A DNA stretch of 58,602 nt, the filler included, from Sphacelaria rigidula (taxonomy: Eukaryota): NCBI GenBank assembly GCA_964200075.2. It is 8 parts of 8 records of this genome, joined end to end, with 100 filler letters (N's around TTAATTAATTAA, not from the genome) between each part and the next. Parts side by side here need not be neighbours in the genome. Positions count along the whole stretch, not along the records: positions 22,016 to 29,253 come from CAXNAA020015818.1; positions 29,354 to 36,591 come from CAXNAA020015819.1; 6 more parts are not named here. One strand, given 5' to 3'. Positions within the stretch are counted from its first letter, which is position 1; each line of letters starts with the position of its first letter. Made by a program: the position numbers and the translations under genes. Of this stretch, positions 23,415-33,265 are shown in pieces. The notes below the pieces were generated by a model that was not told where the DNA came from, did not search any database, and worked only from the letters and a program-made list of their open reading frames with translations.

Positions 23415-23720
23415 TCAAGTCTGGGGCCGGGCAGTTGTAGGCACCGCAGGTGAATATGCTGCTGCTCTCCCTTTGGGTCGTTGATTGACCCTTTGATGAC
23501 GCTCGTTGTGACTCCATAAGCTCTGTTTTGCGACCTGTAACGATGGACATTGGTTTTTGCATTTCCTGGAGTCTTTCAGTCGTTCTTTTAAGCCAGAGTT
23601 CAGCTCGGTATCAGTACAATGAACACTCGCCCCGCTGTCGACCAGTAGCTCGACCCGACCACCAGCAGAGGCGTTCATGATCCATGCGCTTCCGCCGAGT
23701 GTCATCATAAATGCGTATCC
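23415..23720 (-). pseudogene. Copia aspartic protease
   Basis: GRVELLVDSGASVHCTD active-site motif. Confidence 0.8.
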
Positions 23721-24039
23721 CCCACCCCCGTCTTTCTTCTTACCCTCGCCGAACGGCCATAGGATCCTAAGCTGCTCTTGCCTCGGCTCCGTCTTCGGCT
23801 TTTCCTGCTCGATTGTCATGGACTGTCGAGTTTGATGCCATCGACAGGGGCGATGAAGTCAGAGGTTGCGCGGACGTTTTGATCCCCCTTAATGTTGCTG
23901 ACAGGCTGAATATTTGCCCAAGCTGGGTCGGCCAAGTCGAAGGTACCAGAGTTGTTGTCGGCGTTGTTATTTCTTTGCTTAGTCTGTTGTTGATACCTGC
24001 ACTCCGCATCGCCGTCGATCTTAGTTTGATGAAAAGAGC

Positions 24040-25210
24040 ATCACTTGTTGGTCAGACCCACTTTTTGTCGACGCTACTACTACCCTGCTTGTGACGCTGA
24101 TGATTTTGATGCGTTTGCTATGGCTGTTTGCGTGAACATGCACTTTTGAAAGTCCCAAACTTGTGGTAGCGGTAGCACTTGATGTCGATGCGAACTTCTG
24201 ACGTTTTCTCAGCTGCCATGGCCGTACCATGACCCCGAACTCCGCTGGACTTGGTGTTGTTGGCAACAATGTTCGTGAAGGTACGCGCCCCGGTGGTTTA
24301 ATGGTGCATTTATCGCCTTTAGGGTGAAGAGAACGAGGGTTCGATTTCCGATGGGTTGGGTTTTTTCTTCGTAGTATCTGATTTTCAACGTGGAAAGCGT
24401 GAGGACGTGAGTAGACACAGTAGTTGACTGAGCTTGTTTAACGTGAGTTGACGCGGTGCGGAAGTGCTGATAGTCATAACCCAATCCGCGAGACCAAAAT
24501 GCAAGTCGTGTACCGGGGAGAGATGGGTTGATCCCTTGAGACCACGGACTCGTCCCGAGCAAGGGGAGGGCTTGAAAGTGCGACAAACAAAAAAAAATAC
24601 AATAAAATACAATAAAAGATGATAAAAAATGTATGTTTTCACCATTGCCCTCAAATTCTCCACTCCAAACTCGAGATCGATCAGGTGGAAGGCTTTGACG
24701 TGCTCTTACCCCGATGGCATTGCTTTCAGCACCCACCTCTCGAACCTGTCGTCCGTGATCATCTTCCCCATCGCAAGCAGTCTCCTGCGATAGTCGTCCA
24801 TGAGATTGAAGTAAAGGTCCGGTCTCTGTCCAGGGACCATCGTCATCGTCGCCAGTTTGAAGTACAGAGCGGCCTTTACACCCTTGTCAGACGGGTTGTA
24901 GTTCTCGTCGACCGCTTTCCACGCGCCGATTCCGTCGCCTATTCCGCCTGAAGATGTTGAACCCTCGAACTCAGTCACCAGTATATCAGCATCGCCCGTA
25001 GCCGCGAAAACAAGTATACTCCACAGAACCTGATTAGCCTGCCGTATAGTGACCCGGTCGTTCTCAGCGAGGACGCGGAAATGTTTGTTGATAATCAGCT
25101 CGTGGATTTCCTTGTCCCCGAGGTTGAGACTACCTTCAGCTTTGATGACCACTCTCGAAGCAGCTCAGGATCTTTGCCGTCGAATCTAGCGAACTTGCCA
25201 AGCATGGCCA
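24040..25210 (-). pseudogene. Copia gag, interrupted by a SINE
   Basis: KFARFDGKDPELLREWSSKL; ORF 24706-25152; the Zn-knuckle remnant resumes beyond the SINE at ~24280. Confidence 0.8.
24285..24630 (+). mobile_element. tRNA-derived SINE, copy 1
   Basis: tRNA-like head with A box TGGTTTAATGG and B box GGTTCGATTT, a conserved body, AAAGTGCGAC and an A-rich tail; collinear with 38935-39255. Confidence 0.85.
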
Positions 25211-26074
25211 ACATCCTCCTTGTTATGCCGCTGGTGGCGATCGCAATAGTGTAGCCGCAATTGACGCTGTCTTGTGATGGCCCCACAATGTTGTCGTCTG
25301 TAGTCATGCGAAGAGCTACAAATGCTTTTTGCAGGCCAAGTTGATGCAAAAGGACCTGCTGTGTCGCCCGTCTCGCAATGCGCACTACAACAACAGTGCA
25401 TTACAGCAGTAGTGCCGTTTTCTAGGACTCGCAAGAGAGGTCTTGCTAATAGATCACCCGGTGGTGAATAAATTGCTAGAAAACAACGCAAGATATACAA
25501 GCCCCGACTAACTGTAGACGCATCACCAATGTATTCGCTATCCTCGACTGCTGCACAGCAACGCCAGATACAGACGCCGCGATTGACTGTCGACGCGCCT
25601 CCCATGTATTCGCCATGAGAGTCCTCTAGCTTGTGCCGTCCTTCGACCCGAAACTCTGAATGTTGAAGTTTTGAGGCCGGGTGAATTTACAGCTATCTGC
25701 CGCAACGCGCTCTATAACACTAGTGTCGTTCTTGGGCTCGCAAGAAGGATCTTGCTAGTAGATCGTCCGATAGTGGATGAATTGCTTGACTCGCAAGGGA
25801 GACAGCAACGCGAGGTACACGCGCCCCGACTAACTGTCGACGTGTTACCTGTGTGTTCGTAATGTTAGACTGCTCTAGCCGCGGACTAGCACTGCAGTCT
25901 GACTCGTCACACCCGCGTTCTCCGTGCCGACGCCCGTTGCTACTGTAGACTGGGCGGGAGCATATCGGTTCTCTAAGATTCCCAAAGACATCTCCTTCGA
26001 AGTCCTGCAATAGCTGTACGTCGCTTCGGAGCCCCCAAGGCTGTACGCCATATCGAAGCACTTGCGCCGTGCTT

Positions 26075-26091
26075 AATCGAGGCTCATAACC
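26075..26091 (-). promoter_or_regulatory. Primer-binding site complementary to the anticodon arm of initiator tRNA-Met (half-tRNA priming)
   Basis: Minus strand GGTTATGAGCCTCGATT, identical to the 17-mer at 49270-49286. Confidence 0.8.
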
Positions 26092-27435
26092 TCTTCAGGT
26101 ATCCACCGTGGGACATCAGCAGTTGGCGATAGAAGCAGACACAGGCTCCGTGAAGCAGCCACGCACAGGAACAGCTAAAAACTGTGGCGTCTGTACACCG
26201 CTGTAGAAAGAAAGTAATTATATCGTTACAAAGCCCCCCCCCCCTTGAGGGACTCATCAAACAAGGATAAAGCAACACAACCAAACCAAAGATCAGCTGA
26301 TTGTTGCTCTCCATGATCGTGATGAGTGAGAGTAACCATGGTGGGCTCGATCGCTGCTCACCGTGACGCTCACGTAACACTCTTTTTAAATCGAACCGGC
26401 CGACATTACTCCACTATTGTGCTCTGTGTAGCACCCCCTAAATTTTACTTGTACTTACGCTGGTTTGATTACTGCAGCTCACTACTGGTGGTTGACTCCG
26501 ACTGACAAGTCATTGTCTAGCAACGAGAACCACAAACCATGATGATGAGGTTTGCTCTGACATTCGGTTGCGCGTGCGGGAGAGCCGCAAGCGCGAAAGG
26601 TATCACGAATGTCTTCAACAAGTAATCACCTGAACTCTCTATTGCGATGACTTGCTTTGGATATCGACCTCTCGAATGTCTGCAAGTGGCATAACATGGC
26701 CGGGCAGCTTGACCCTACGCGTGACGGGGCTTCACAAGGCTCCGTCGGTTGTCGTCAAATGTTTGACTACGAGCTTCGTCTTGGAACAGTGTCTCCTACT
26801 GACAGTCCTGGGTATGAAGGGGGCGATGCGGGTTCCCAGATCGACCGGCATGCTTCTCGGATCAATCACGTATGCAGGGGATCACGAGTGGCATGCCCAC
26901 CAGGGAAAGCAGTGAGAATTTTGAACGTTCGGGCTGGTCAGTAGTTCCCTACGCTCCTGGATAGAGCATCTGTCAACGACTCCCTCGCAGTCAAGCTGTC
27001 CTCGATCAGTACAAGCGAACTGAACGCCTTGTCTTTCTTCATTGGCTTTGTATGCAGTGATTGCCATCGAGACTGTTAACCGAAACAGCAGCAGGGATCC
27101 GATTCCAGCAACAAACAAGAGGAGGCCACGCCATAGGCAACAAGTTGAGGATATAAACATTACTGAGTCGTGGTAACGATCTCACCAAGCTTCGGGCTGC
27201 CCTCGCCCAGCCGATGTTGTAGATCATGAAGTCGGGAATAAATGTCGTGTAGTTTTTGTGGTGAAAATTTTGGGTGAAGAGCCCTGTACAAGCACACCCA
27301 CCAAAACACCTATTCCTTGCGACCAAAGCCGTTCACGCTTCGTTTGTGTCAATATCGGACGCTGTTTGGTCTCACTTTATGGTACCGTGTTTGTTATTCT
27401 TTTTTTGGTTCTACCGTCCGCACCGTGCGAACCAG

Positions 27436-27721
27436 TGGTTCTGCTCCGCTGTTCGAATGTCACGCAGGCTGCTCCTGTGGGGCCACTTGTCCTCTGAGGA
27501 CAACCCAACCAGGTGGTGGTCGCAAAACCCCGCCAATTAGGTTGCGTCATATGGGCATGAAAGGATGGGGTGCCTATTCCACGGACCCAATAGAAGCGGG
27601 AGTTTTCGTGGCAGACTACACGGGGGAAGCCCTGACGGTGGAAGAGGCGAGGCGGCGAGTACCAGTGTATGATCGAGGCGGTTTGAACTATGTGTTGACG
27701 ACCCAGGAGTTTTTCCAAGGG
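27436..27721 (+). CDS. Pre-SET/SET lysine methyltransferase (SETMAR/SUV39-like), internal exon
   Basis: LFECHAGCSCGATCPLR (pre-SET end), KGWGAYS...I.AG.FV.DYTGE; CAG acceptor at 27433-27435 and GTAAG donor at 27722. Confidence 0.88.
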
Positions 27722-27759
27722 GTAAGCACGGCATGAGTTGTACTGCTTAGTTTTGGTAG

Positions 27760-27953
27760 TTCGGCAACTTGGACTATCTGGTTCCCGGCTGCGTCTCGTA
27801 CCCGACTTGCGGCGCAGAATGTTATTGTACGTTGTGTCATCAGATGAATGTTTCCGTCTTTTCTTATCCAGTCATTTCTGTCTTTGTACCCTTGTTTGTT
27901 TTGCCTTCTAGGAGGGTCAGTTAAAGTGCGACAATCAATCAATCAATCAAATC
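27760..27953 (+). mobile_element. Intronic non-LTR retroelement 3' end with AAAGTGCGAC(AATC)n tail
   Basis: T-rich UTR then AAAGTGCGACAATCAATCAATCAATCAAATC; the 5' boundary is approximate. Confidence 0.65.
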
Positions 27954-27999
27954 TTGTCCCCTTCCGTTGGCATTCCTGGTCCGCCCTTGGCCCCGTCAG

Positions 28000-28098
28000 G
28001 GAAAAGAAGTGTGGCAAACGATCGTTGATGCGACGACGTCGGGGAACGTGTCGAGGTTCTTCAATCACTCCTGTGATCCCACGCTCTCGGTATTCGTG
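28000..28098 (+). CDS. SET-domain methyltransferase, next exon (catalytic NHSC motif)
   Basis: IVDATTSGNVSRFFNHSCDP; phase-0 CAG|GGA acceptor and GTG|GTAAG donor, in frame with the previous exon. Confidence 0.9.
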
Positions 28099-29182
28099 GT
28101 AAGCGACCTAAACTTGGATGCTTTTTGTCAGGATAATCAGCGTCTGTCTACACGGCATTGTCACTGTACATACTCGGGGACAGACACTGCAGCGGTGCAG
28201 CTATTCCCACTTGGTTGTACAAACGGGGCTATCCTTGTGCAGGAACGTGACGCTCTTTTCGTCGGTCCGTTCGTTCGTTATAAAACTATCTTGGTTTCAC
28301 TATATCGCGGCATGTCTGAAACTTGTGGGCTTCAGACTGCGAGCGTGTAGCTCAAGTACTGTAGTTGCCCAGGACAGCCCGATTCAAGACTGACCCCATT
28401 CACCGTACTGCACTGTATGCAGACCACGTGTAGAGGTGAAGATATCTTCGCGCCCCCGCCACACACCGACATCCTAAAATCTCAGTTCGTGTGATGACAA
28501 AAAAATCCGGTTAGCAAAGCTGCGAGGCTTAAACTGCCACGATGAGTTGGGTATTTTATACAAGCTCTGCCCTCCAAAAGGGGGCTTGTGAGGTACAGCG
28601 TAGGAGAAACGATACTGAGCTCGGTGGCGGCTTGCCGCTTTACTTTCCTCTGTCTCATCGCTTGCAATGCACTGTCTGTATGCCTTCTATATATACGTCG
28701 AGGTCGAAGGGTTCTGCCGCCAATCACGTATGGCAAACCTGAGTTGGCAGGCCGGGAAAAACTTGTGGTTTGTCAACGCTACAACACACGTGCTTTGGCA
28801 ATCAAGTAATTTCGGCGGTGAGTTGGTTTGACTTTTCAAACCCTGCTGCCCGAAGGATGCTGGAAGCATTCAGAGTCGTGGACGGAGGGCACTGGTCTCG
28901 GTGGTGGCGGTGGCTTGCTGCACTGCCTACTGTTGTCCCGTACTGTACCTCACACGGTGTGCGTACAGCAGCATCTCGAAGGTCAAGCATTTTCCCGCCA
29001 AATATACACAACACGAAACCTAATTTAAAAGGATGACCAAATCTCAGTATGGCAAAGCTGCGAAGGTGGGACTACGGCGGTGAGCTGGTTTGACTGCGCA
29101 GAGTACGTTGTCGATACGGGAGCTGGGGGCGTCCAGAGTTGGGTGTACTCATGATCATGCATGCATGTATGCGTCCAGAGTT

Positions 29183-29253
29183 GGGGGGGCGTACTCATTT
29201 GTCGCTTGCCTTAGTCGTTTGACCATTGACCACGCATCCCTTTCGAGACGGAG
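29183..29253 (-). mobile_element. LINE 3'-terminal fragment (cut by the contig end)
   Basis: Matches 29636-29710 and 43873-43918. Confidence 0.7.
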
Positions 29254-29353
29254 NNNNNNNNNNNNNNNNNNNNNNNNNNNNNNNNNNNNNNNNNNNNTTA
29301 ATTAATTAANNNNNNNNNNNNNNNNNNNNNNNNNNNNNNNNNNNNNNNNNNNN
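29254..29353. other. Artificial contig-joining linker
   Basis: N44-TTAATTAATTAA-N44. Confidence 0.98.
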
Positions 29354-29434
29354 GGGTGTGCGGACTGCAGTGTCGAGTTGTGGGGGGGTTGGTTTGCCCG
29401 GGGCCTCGGTGCGGAAAAGCCCTATAATGTAATC

Positions 29435-29635
29435 ATCGGTCGTCAAACTGATTCATCATCAGCCAGGTTGGGCGAAGCAGGAGGTTCGAATCTCGACACC
29501 AACGGGGTTTCTTATCACTGGTCCACGTCGTGAGAAGCGGGAGAACTCAAGTCAGCAAAGGAGATGACGACAGTCGATCGTTGGGAGTGCTGATCGAATG
29601 CTCGAAACTATGTTGCAAGGAAGATGAAAGGGATG
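29435..29635 (+). mobile_element. Diverged tRNA-SINE head and body fused tail-to-tail to a LINE fragment
   Basis: B box GGTTCGAATC at 29483; body motifs CGTGAGAAGCGGGAGAAC and GGAGTGCTG...CTCGA.AC.AT..TGCAAGG align to the SINE at 38935. Confidence 0.65.
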
Positions 29636-29957
29636 GGGGGGGGGGGCATACTCATTCGTTGCTTGCCTCAGTCGTTCTACCATTGACCACGCATCCCTTT
29701 CGAGACGGAGCACCGTTCCTACTCCTAATAGAGCCACCTTCAACCTTCCGGCGCTCATCACGCTTCTTCCATACATTGCACGAAAACCTTCTACATATCT
29801 TATCTCCGACCTGTTTCGCCGTCTCTGGCCATCATTCATTTCCTAGTATAGCTATCGTTTTCTCCCTACTGTCGAATGCATCAAACGGTTTCATGCCATC
29901 TTCGTTCACGTCCCGCATTCCTCCCTCTAGCACGTTCCGCTCCCCCTTGTAAAGTTC
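29636..29957 (-). mobile_element. LINE ORF2 C-terminal fragment plus start of the 3' UTR
   Basis: ELYKGERNVLEGGMR...TIAILGNE*WP...RRFSCNVWKKR fits the post-zinc-finger C-terminus of non-LTR ORF2 proteins. Confidence 0.7.
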
Positions 29958-30130
29958 CGCGGGAAGGGGGGGCTACAGGTATGGTCAGAACAAAAAACGC
30001 AATGACTATCATCATCGAGGCAGTGCGTGCATCATGTTCGGAACAGATTCCTGTGTTGTACAGCACGTTTTTTGCTTCGCAGGATCAAGCGCCGTAACTG
30101 CACCACGTATTTCCAGCTACAGCAACATAC

Positions 30131-30323
30131 CCTTCGGAAACCATTTTCGTCGCCGCGTCCAAGTTGTCCAGGTTGACAGAGACGTATGTGTAGCGGCTGT
30201 GCGTCGCTGCATCTCCGGGAGGCCCGCAAACACTAGCGTCAGCGTGTTGTTTCGAAGCGAAAGCCAACGCCTCAAGGGCGTCAAGGGCAGCGGGACATCG
30301 CACGCAACGTGTGGTCCAGAAAT
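30131..30323 (-). CDS. Double-thioredoxin protein, exon with the second Trx active site (DFWTTRCVRC)
   Basis: Phase-1 CAG|AT acceptor and GG|GTATG donor; DFWTTRCVRCPAALDAL...YVSVNLD. Downstream exons are not found in this contig. Confidence 0.88.
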
Positions 30324-30725
30324 CTGTCACAAACGGGGGGGACATTCGATTACGGGGGCGGGCGATTTTGTTGTACTTTGCTCACACATGCTCGATGTAG
30401 CGGGGGAAAATGTCAATGAGCGAGGCTGGAGCGGGGTGAGAGTGGCGTGATCCTCCTGTATGACATGTCGAAACTAACGAAGTGAGAGATGTCACTCAAC
30501 ATGTCACGCCAACGAACCAATAACGGCGACATTTAGACCCGAAAAGCCTGCGGGCACTCGTTCTACTCGTCGAAAAACGATAAGCCAATTTGAGACTGCG
30601 TGCAACACGTGTACACCGGCACCGGTGCTTCCGAAACTGCGAGCACGGAGGCTCCCGTAGAACCCATGTTACTGTAGTGTATGTAGATTTCCAGTGTACG
30701 AATGCGTAGTTTATGAAACACGCAC

Positions 30726-31374
30726 CAAGGACAGCAGGTCCGCCGCCTGTGACGTCGTCCAAGCTCTTCCGCTCACCACCATCCATACACACAACCTCAA
30801 GCGACGGCATTACATCACCATCACCCAGTGATTCCCCTACGGCGGCAGCAGCGGCATCACCGTCTCGGTTCCCTGCGGTGGTACCATCACCCGCTACCAC
30901 CTCCCCCTGCCGTGTTTCTCCGCCACTAGCAGCCGCCGCGCCATCAACCGTCGGTGTCGTCTTCTTGCGGACAAGCTTGCACACGCCGCCCTCGCATTGC
31001 ATCACATTGCCAGTGGGACCCGGGCTACCAGCGGTAACGGCTGAAGCGGCCGGGACTGAAGCAACAGTAGGTTTCTTGCGAACCAGGGTGCACACTCCAC
31101 CTTCGCACTCCTGCCCACCCGATGCAGGGGCGGGGGCAGGATCAGTCGCGGGCTTTTTCCGGACAAGCTTGCACACTCCCCCTTCGCAATCCTGTCCACC
31201 GGAGGTCGGGGCGACGGGGCTGGGAACAGTCGGCGGAGGAGATGCCGGCTTCACATTCGCGACCCCGCTGTCGTTTTCCTTCTCCCCGTCCTCCTGCAGT
31301 AGAACGTCGTCGAGTTGGTTCAGTGACTTGAGCGGCAGGGCCTTGGCGTTGCCGTGACGCAAGACGGTTCCGTT
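30726..31374 (-). CDS. Double-thioredoxin protein, linker exon with three CEGGVCxLVRKK motifs and the start of Trx domain 2
   Basis: CAG|AAC acceptor (phase 0) and G|GTGCG donor (phase 1); open frame NGTVLRHGNAK...MPSLEVVCMDGGERKSLDDVTGGGPAVL. Confidence 0.88.
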
Positions 31375-31787
31375 CTGAGCGTTTGCGGAGCAATAGGATT
31401 AAACAAGCGTAGGGGATCGGAACACCATCAGCAGCTTTTGTTGAGACGCAGCATATACACGAAAACACCAGTGTCACATGTATAGGAAGTGGTTCGCCCT
31501 AGCTACGGCTCGGGGAACATAGAATTGTACTGGCAAGTAGCAACGGTTTGCTGTGACATCGAGAACAGTGGCCACGCGCAATCGATTGGTGAAATCACGA
31601 TTGTCGCGAGCATCTCACAAAAAAATGAGTTCGACGCAGTGTAGGAAGCGTATGACGCCTGCCAGTGCACTACCCTCGTCGCACCCTCAAGGCATACAAA
31701 ATCTAAATCGCGGATTCCGTCTGTGTTTCGTCGTTAGTCCTGAGCTGACAATGCTTTAGTAAAAGCACACACTGGCTCTGAACACAC

Positions 31788-31881
31788 CTGGTCTACGACG
31801 ACGTAGAAGGGCACTGTCTTCATGCCGAGTAACGTTTTGGCGTTCTCCTTCACGTCCTCCTCCAGGTGTGCGTGCGTCAGT
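31788..31881 (-). CDS. Double-thioredoxin protein, exon with the cis-proline loop of Trx domain 1
   Basis: LTHAHLEEDVKENAKTLLGMKTVPFYVVVDQ; phase-2 acceptor and phase-0 donor are compatible with the neighbouring exons. Confidence 0.88.
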
Positions 31882-32459
31882 CTGCGATTTGTAGTACCCA
31901 CACGACAGCATGCGACCGAAGGACATCCGCCCGACAAATACTGAAAGGTTCAGTTCGTCGACCACAGTGCATTTCAAGCCTCGAGTGTACTGTGTTTGTG
32001 GGGGTAGAGTAGCAGCAGGAACGAACGAAGTGAACTGATGTGGGGCAGCGGTAGCAGCACTTCCAGTATAACCCCAACAATGGGCCGAGCTATTCATCAG
32101 TAAAATACCCTACGCCGAACTTCTCTCAACTCCTCAGTTGGATGGAAAAACATGGAACATCACGCAAAATTCCTCGAGAACTTGTCTTTCGTTCCGCATG
32201 CCGGGGTCTCCGGATGGAAACACCTTCGTAGAAGAAGCAGAGTAACTAGCGGACTAGAAAAATGCGTGCAAAATACAGTGGTCACTACGCGACCATGTGT
32301 CAGTGTACGTCACCTAAAATATCAGGGTGAGCACCAGGTACTTGTATACATGTTATGGATCAAGAAAAAAAATATCCAAGATGAGTTCCCAACAACCAAA
32401 ACAATGACATTCCTTCCTGGTGTCTTTCCACACAAGCAAGCAACAATCGCCACCCTCAC

Positions 32460-32622
32460 CGGGTCCATCTACCCTCCGACGCCGCTTTCTCCAGCAGCGC
32501 CTTGGCAGCGTCGGCATCATCAATGTTGACGCTTATGAATCTTACCGAAGGCCGCTGCTCCGCCATCGTGTCAAGGCTGTCGAGAGCCGCCGGGCAATTG
32601 GTGCAGCGGGTCGTCCAGAAGT
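32460..32622 (-). CDS. Double-thioredoxin protein, exon with the first Trx active site (DFWTTRCTNC)
   Basis: CAG|AC acceptor and CG|GTGAG donor; DFWTTRCTNCPAALDSL...FISVNID is TlpA/redoxin-like. The start exon is not identified. Confidence 0.9.
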
Positions 32623-33265
32623 CTGTTATCAAAACCCCCGGGCGCGCGAAAGGAAGAACGAGGCGGAGTATGTATGGAGGGGTCACACTATAGTTAGATC
32701 CATCCCGAACGATGGAACACACGACACATTCCCCCCCAAAACTATTTTTGATATTTTTTCATGCACGATTTCCAGATTTGGAAGTCGCCCGACTTGTTTT
32801 CCAACGGGATAAAACTTCCAAGTCCGATTTTGAAAGAGGACACCCCCAAAAACAACAATGCTGCTGCTTGTTTCGCGAACACAGCCCCCAACCACGGCTG
32901 CTCCTCACTGTAGGTGTGACCTTGCTGTTCTTGAGCATGGCATACTTATCATGATATATACTTTCTCTGTCCCATAAGCAAAGGTCCTTATGGGGGGCAG
33001 ATCATATCTTGCCAATGGAGTTGCCTACGATGCTAAAGTTAACTCTGTTGAAAAGCTATCGATGCGGTGGTGCTCATGAAAAAAATCGACTCGAACTTAC
33101 TCAGAATTGGTATGGGTCAAAAAGTGGGAAACTTGGCGGGTTTTGGGGAACTTTTCCTGTAGATGGGCGATAACGACTTTGGTGTGGAGCACACCAGGAT
33201 ATCGGCGCGGCAGAAGGCAGGAACGTTCGAACGAGTGGTGAAATATGAGGAGGGCCGCTTTTACG

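Larger units (their letters stand above)
22430..26405 (-). mobile_element. 3'-truncated, decayed Ty1/copia LTR retrotransposon (LTR-PBS-gag-protease-integrase)
   Basis: PBS GGTTATGAGCC; gag WKAVDENY...MVPGQRPDLYF; degenerate Zn knuckle KCYRYHKFG; protease LLVDSGASVH; integrase VETDLMG...FTAAYVANRSPHSALG...TPY...LRVFG. The outer LTR boundary is approximate. Confidence 0.88.

Noticed and set aside
24285-24360. Functional tRNA gene (also 38935-39005)
   Set aside because: No 3' acceptor stem or T-run terminator at the expected place; it continues into a shared body and tail, so it is a SINE head.
26550-26944. Upstream exon of the SET gene
   Set aside because: No convincing pre-SET Cys cluster and no phase-compatible splice sites could be assigned.
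30015-30055. Next Trx exon (PNMMHAL-like peptide)
   Set aside because: The nearby acceptor gives the wrong phase and the frame stops within a few codons.
28098-30131. Convergent SET/Trx gene pair or cluster with the PPR gene
   Set aside because: The genes lie on different contigs separated by artificial linkers.
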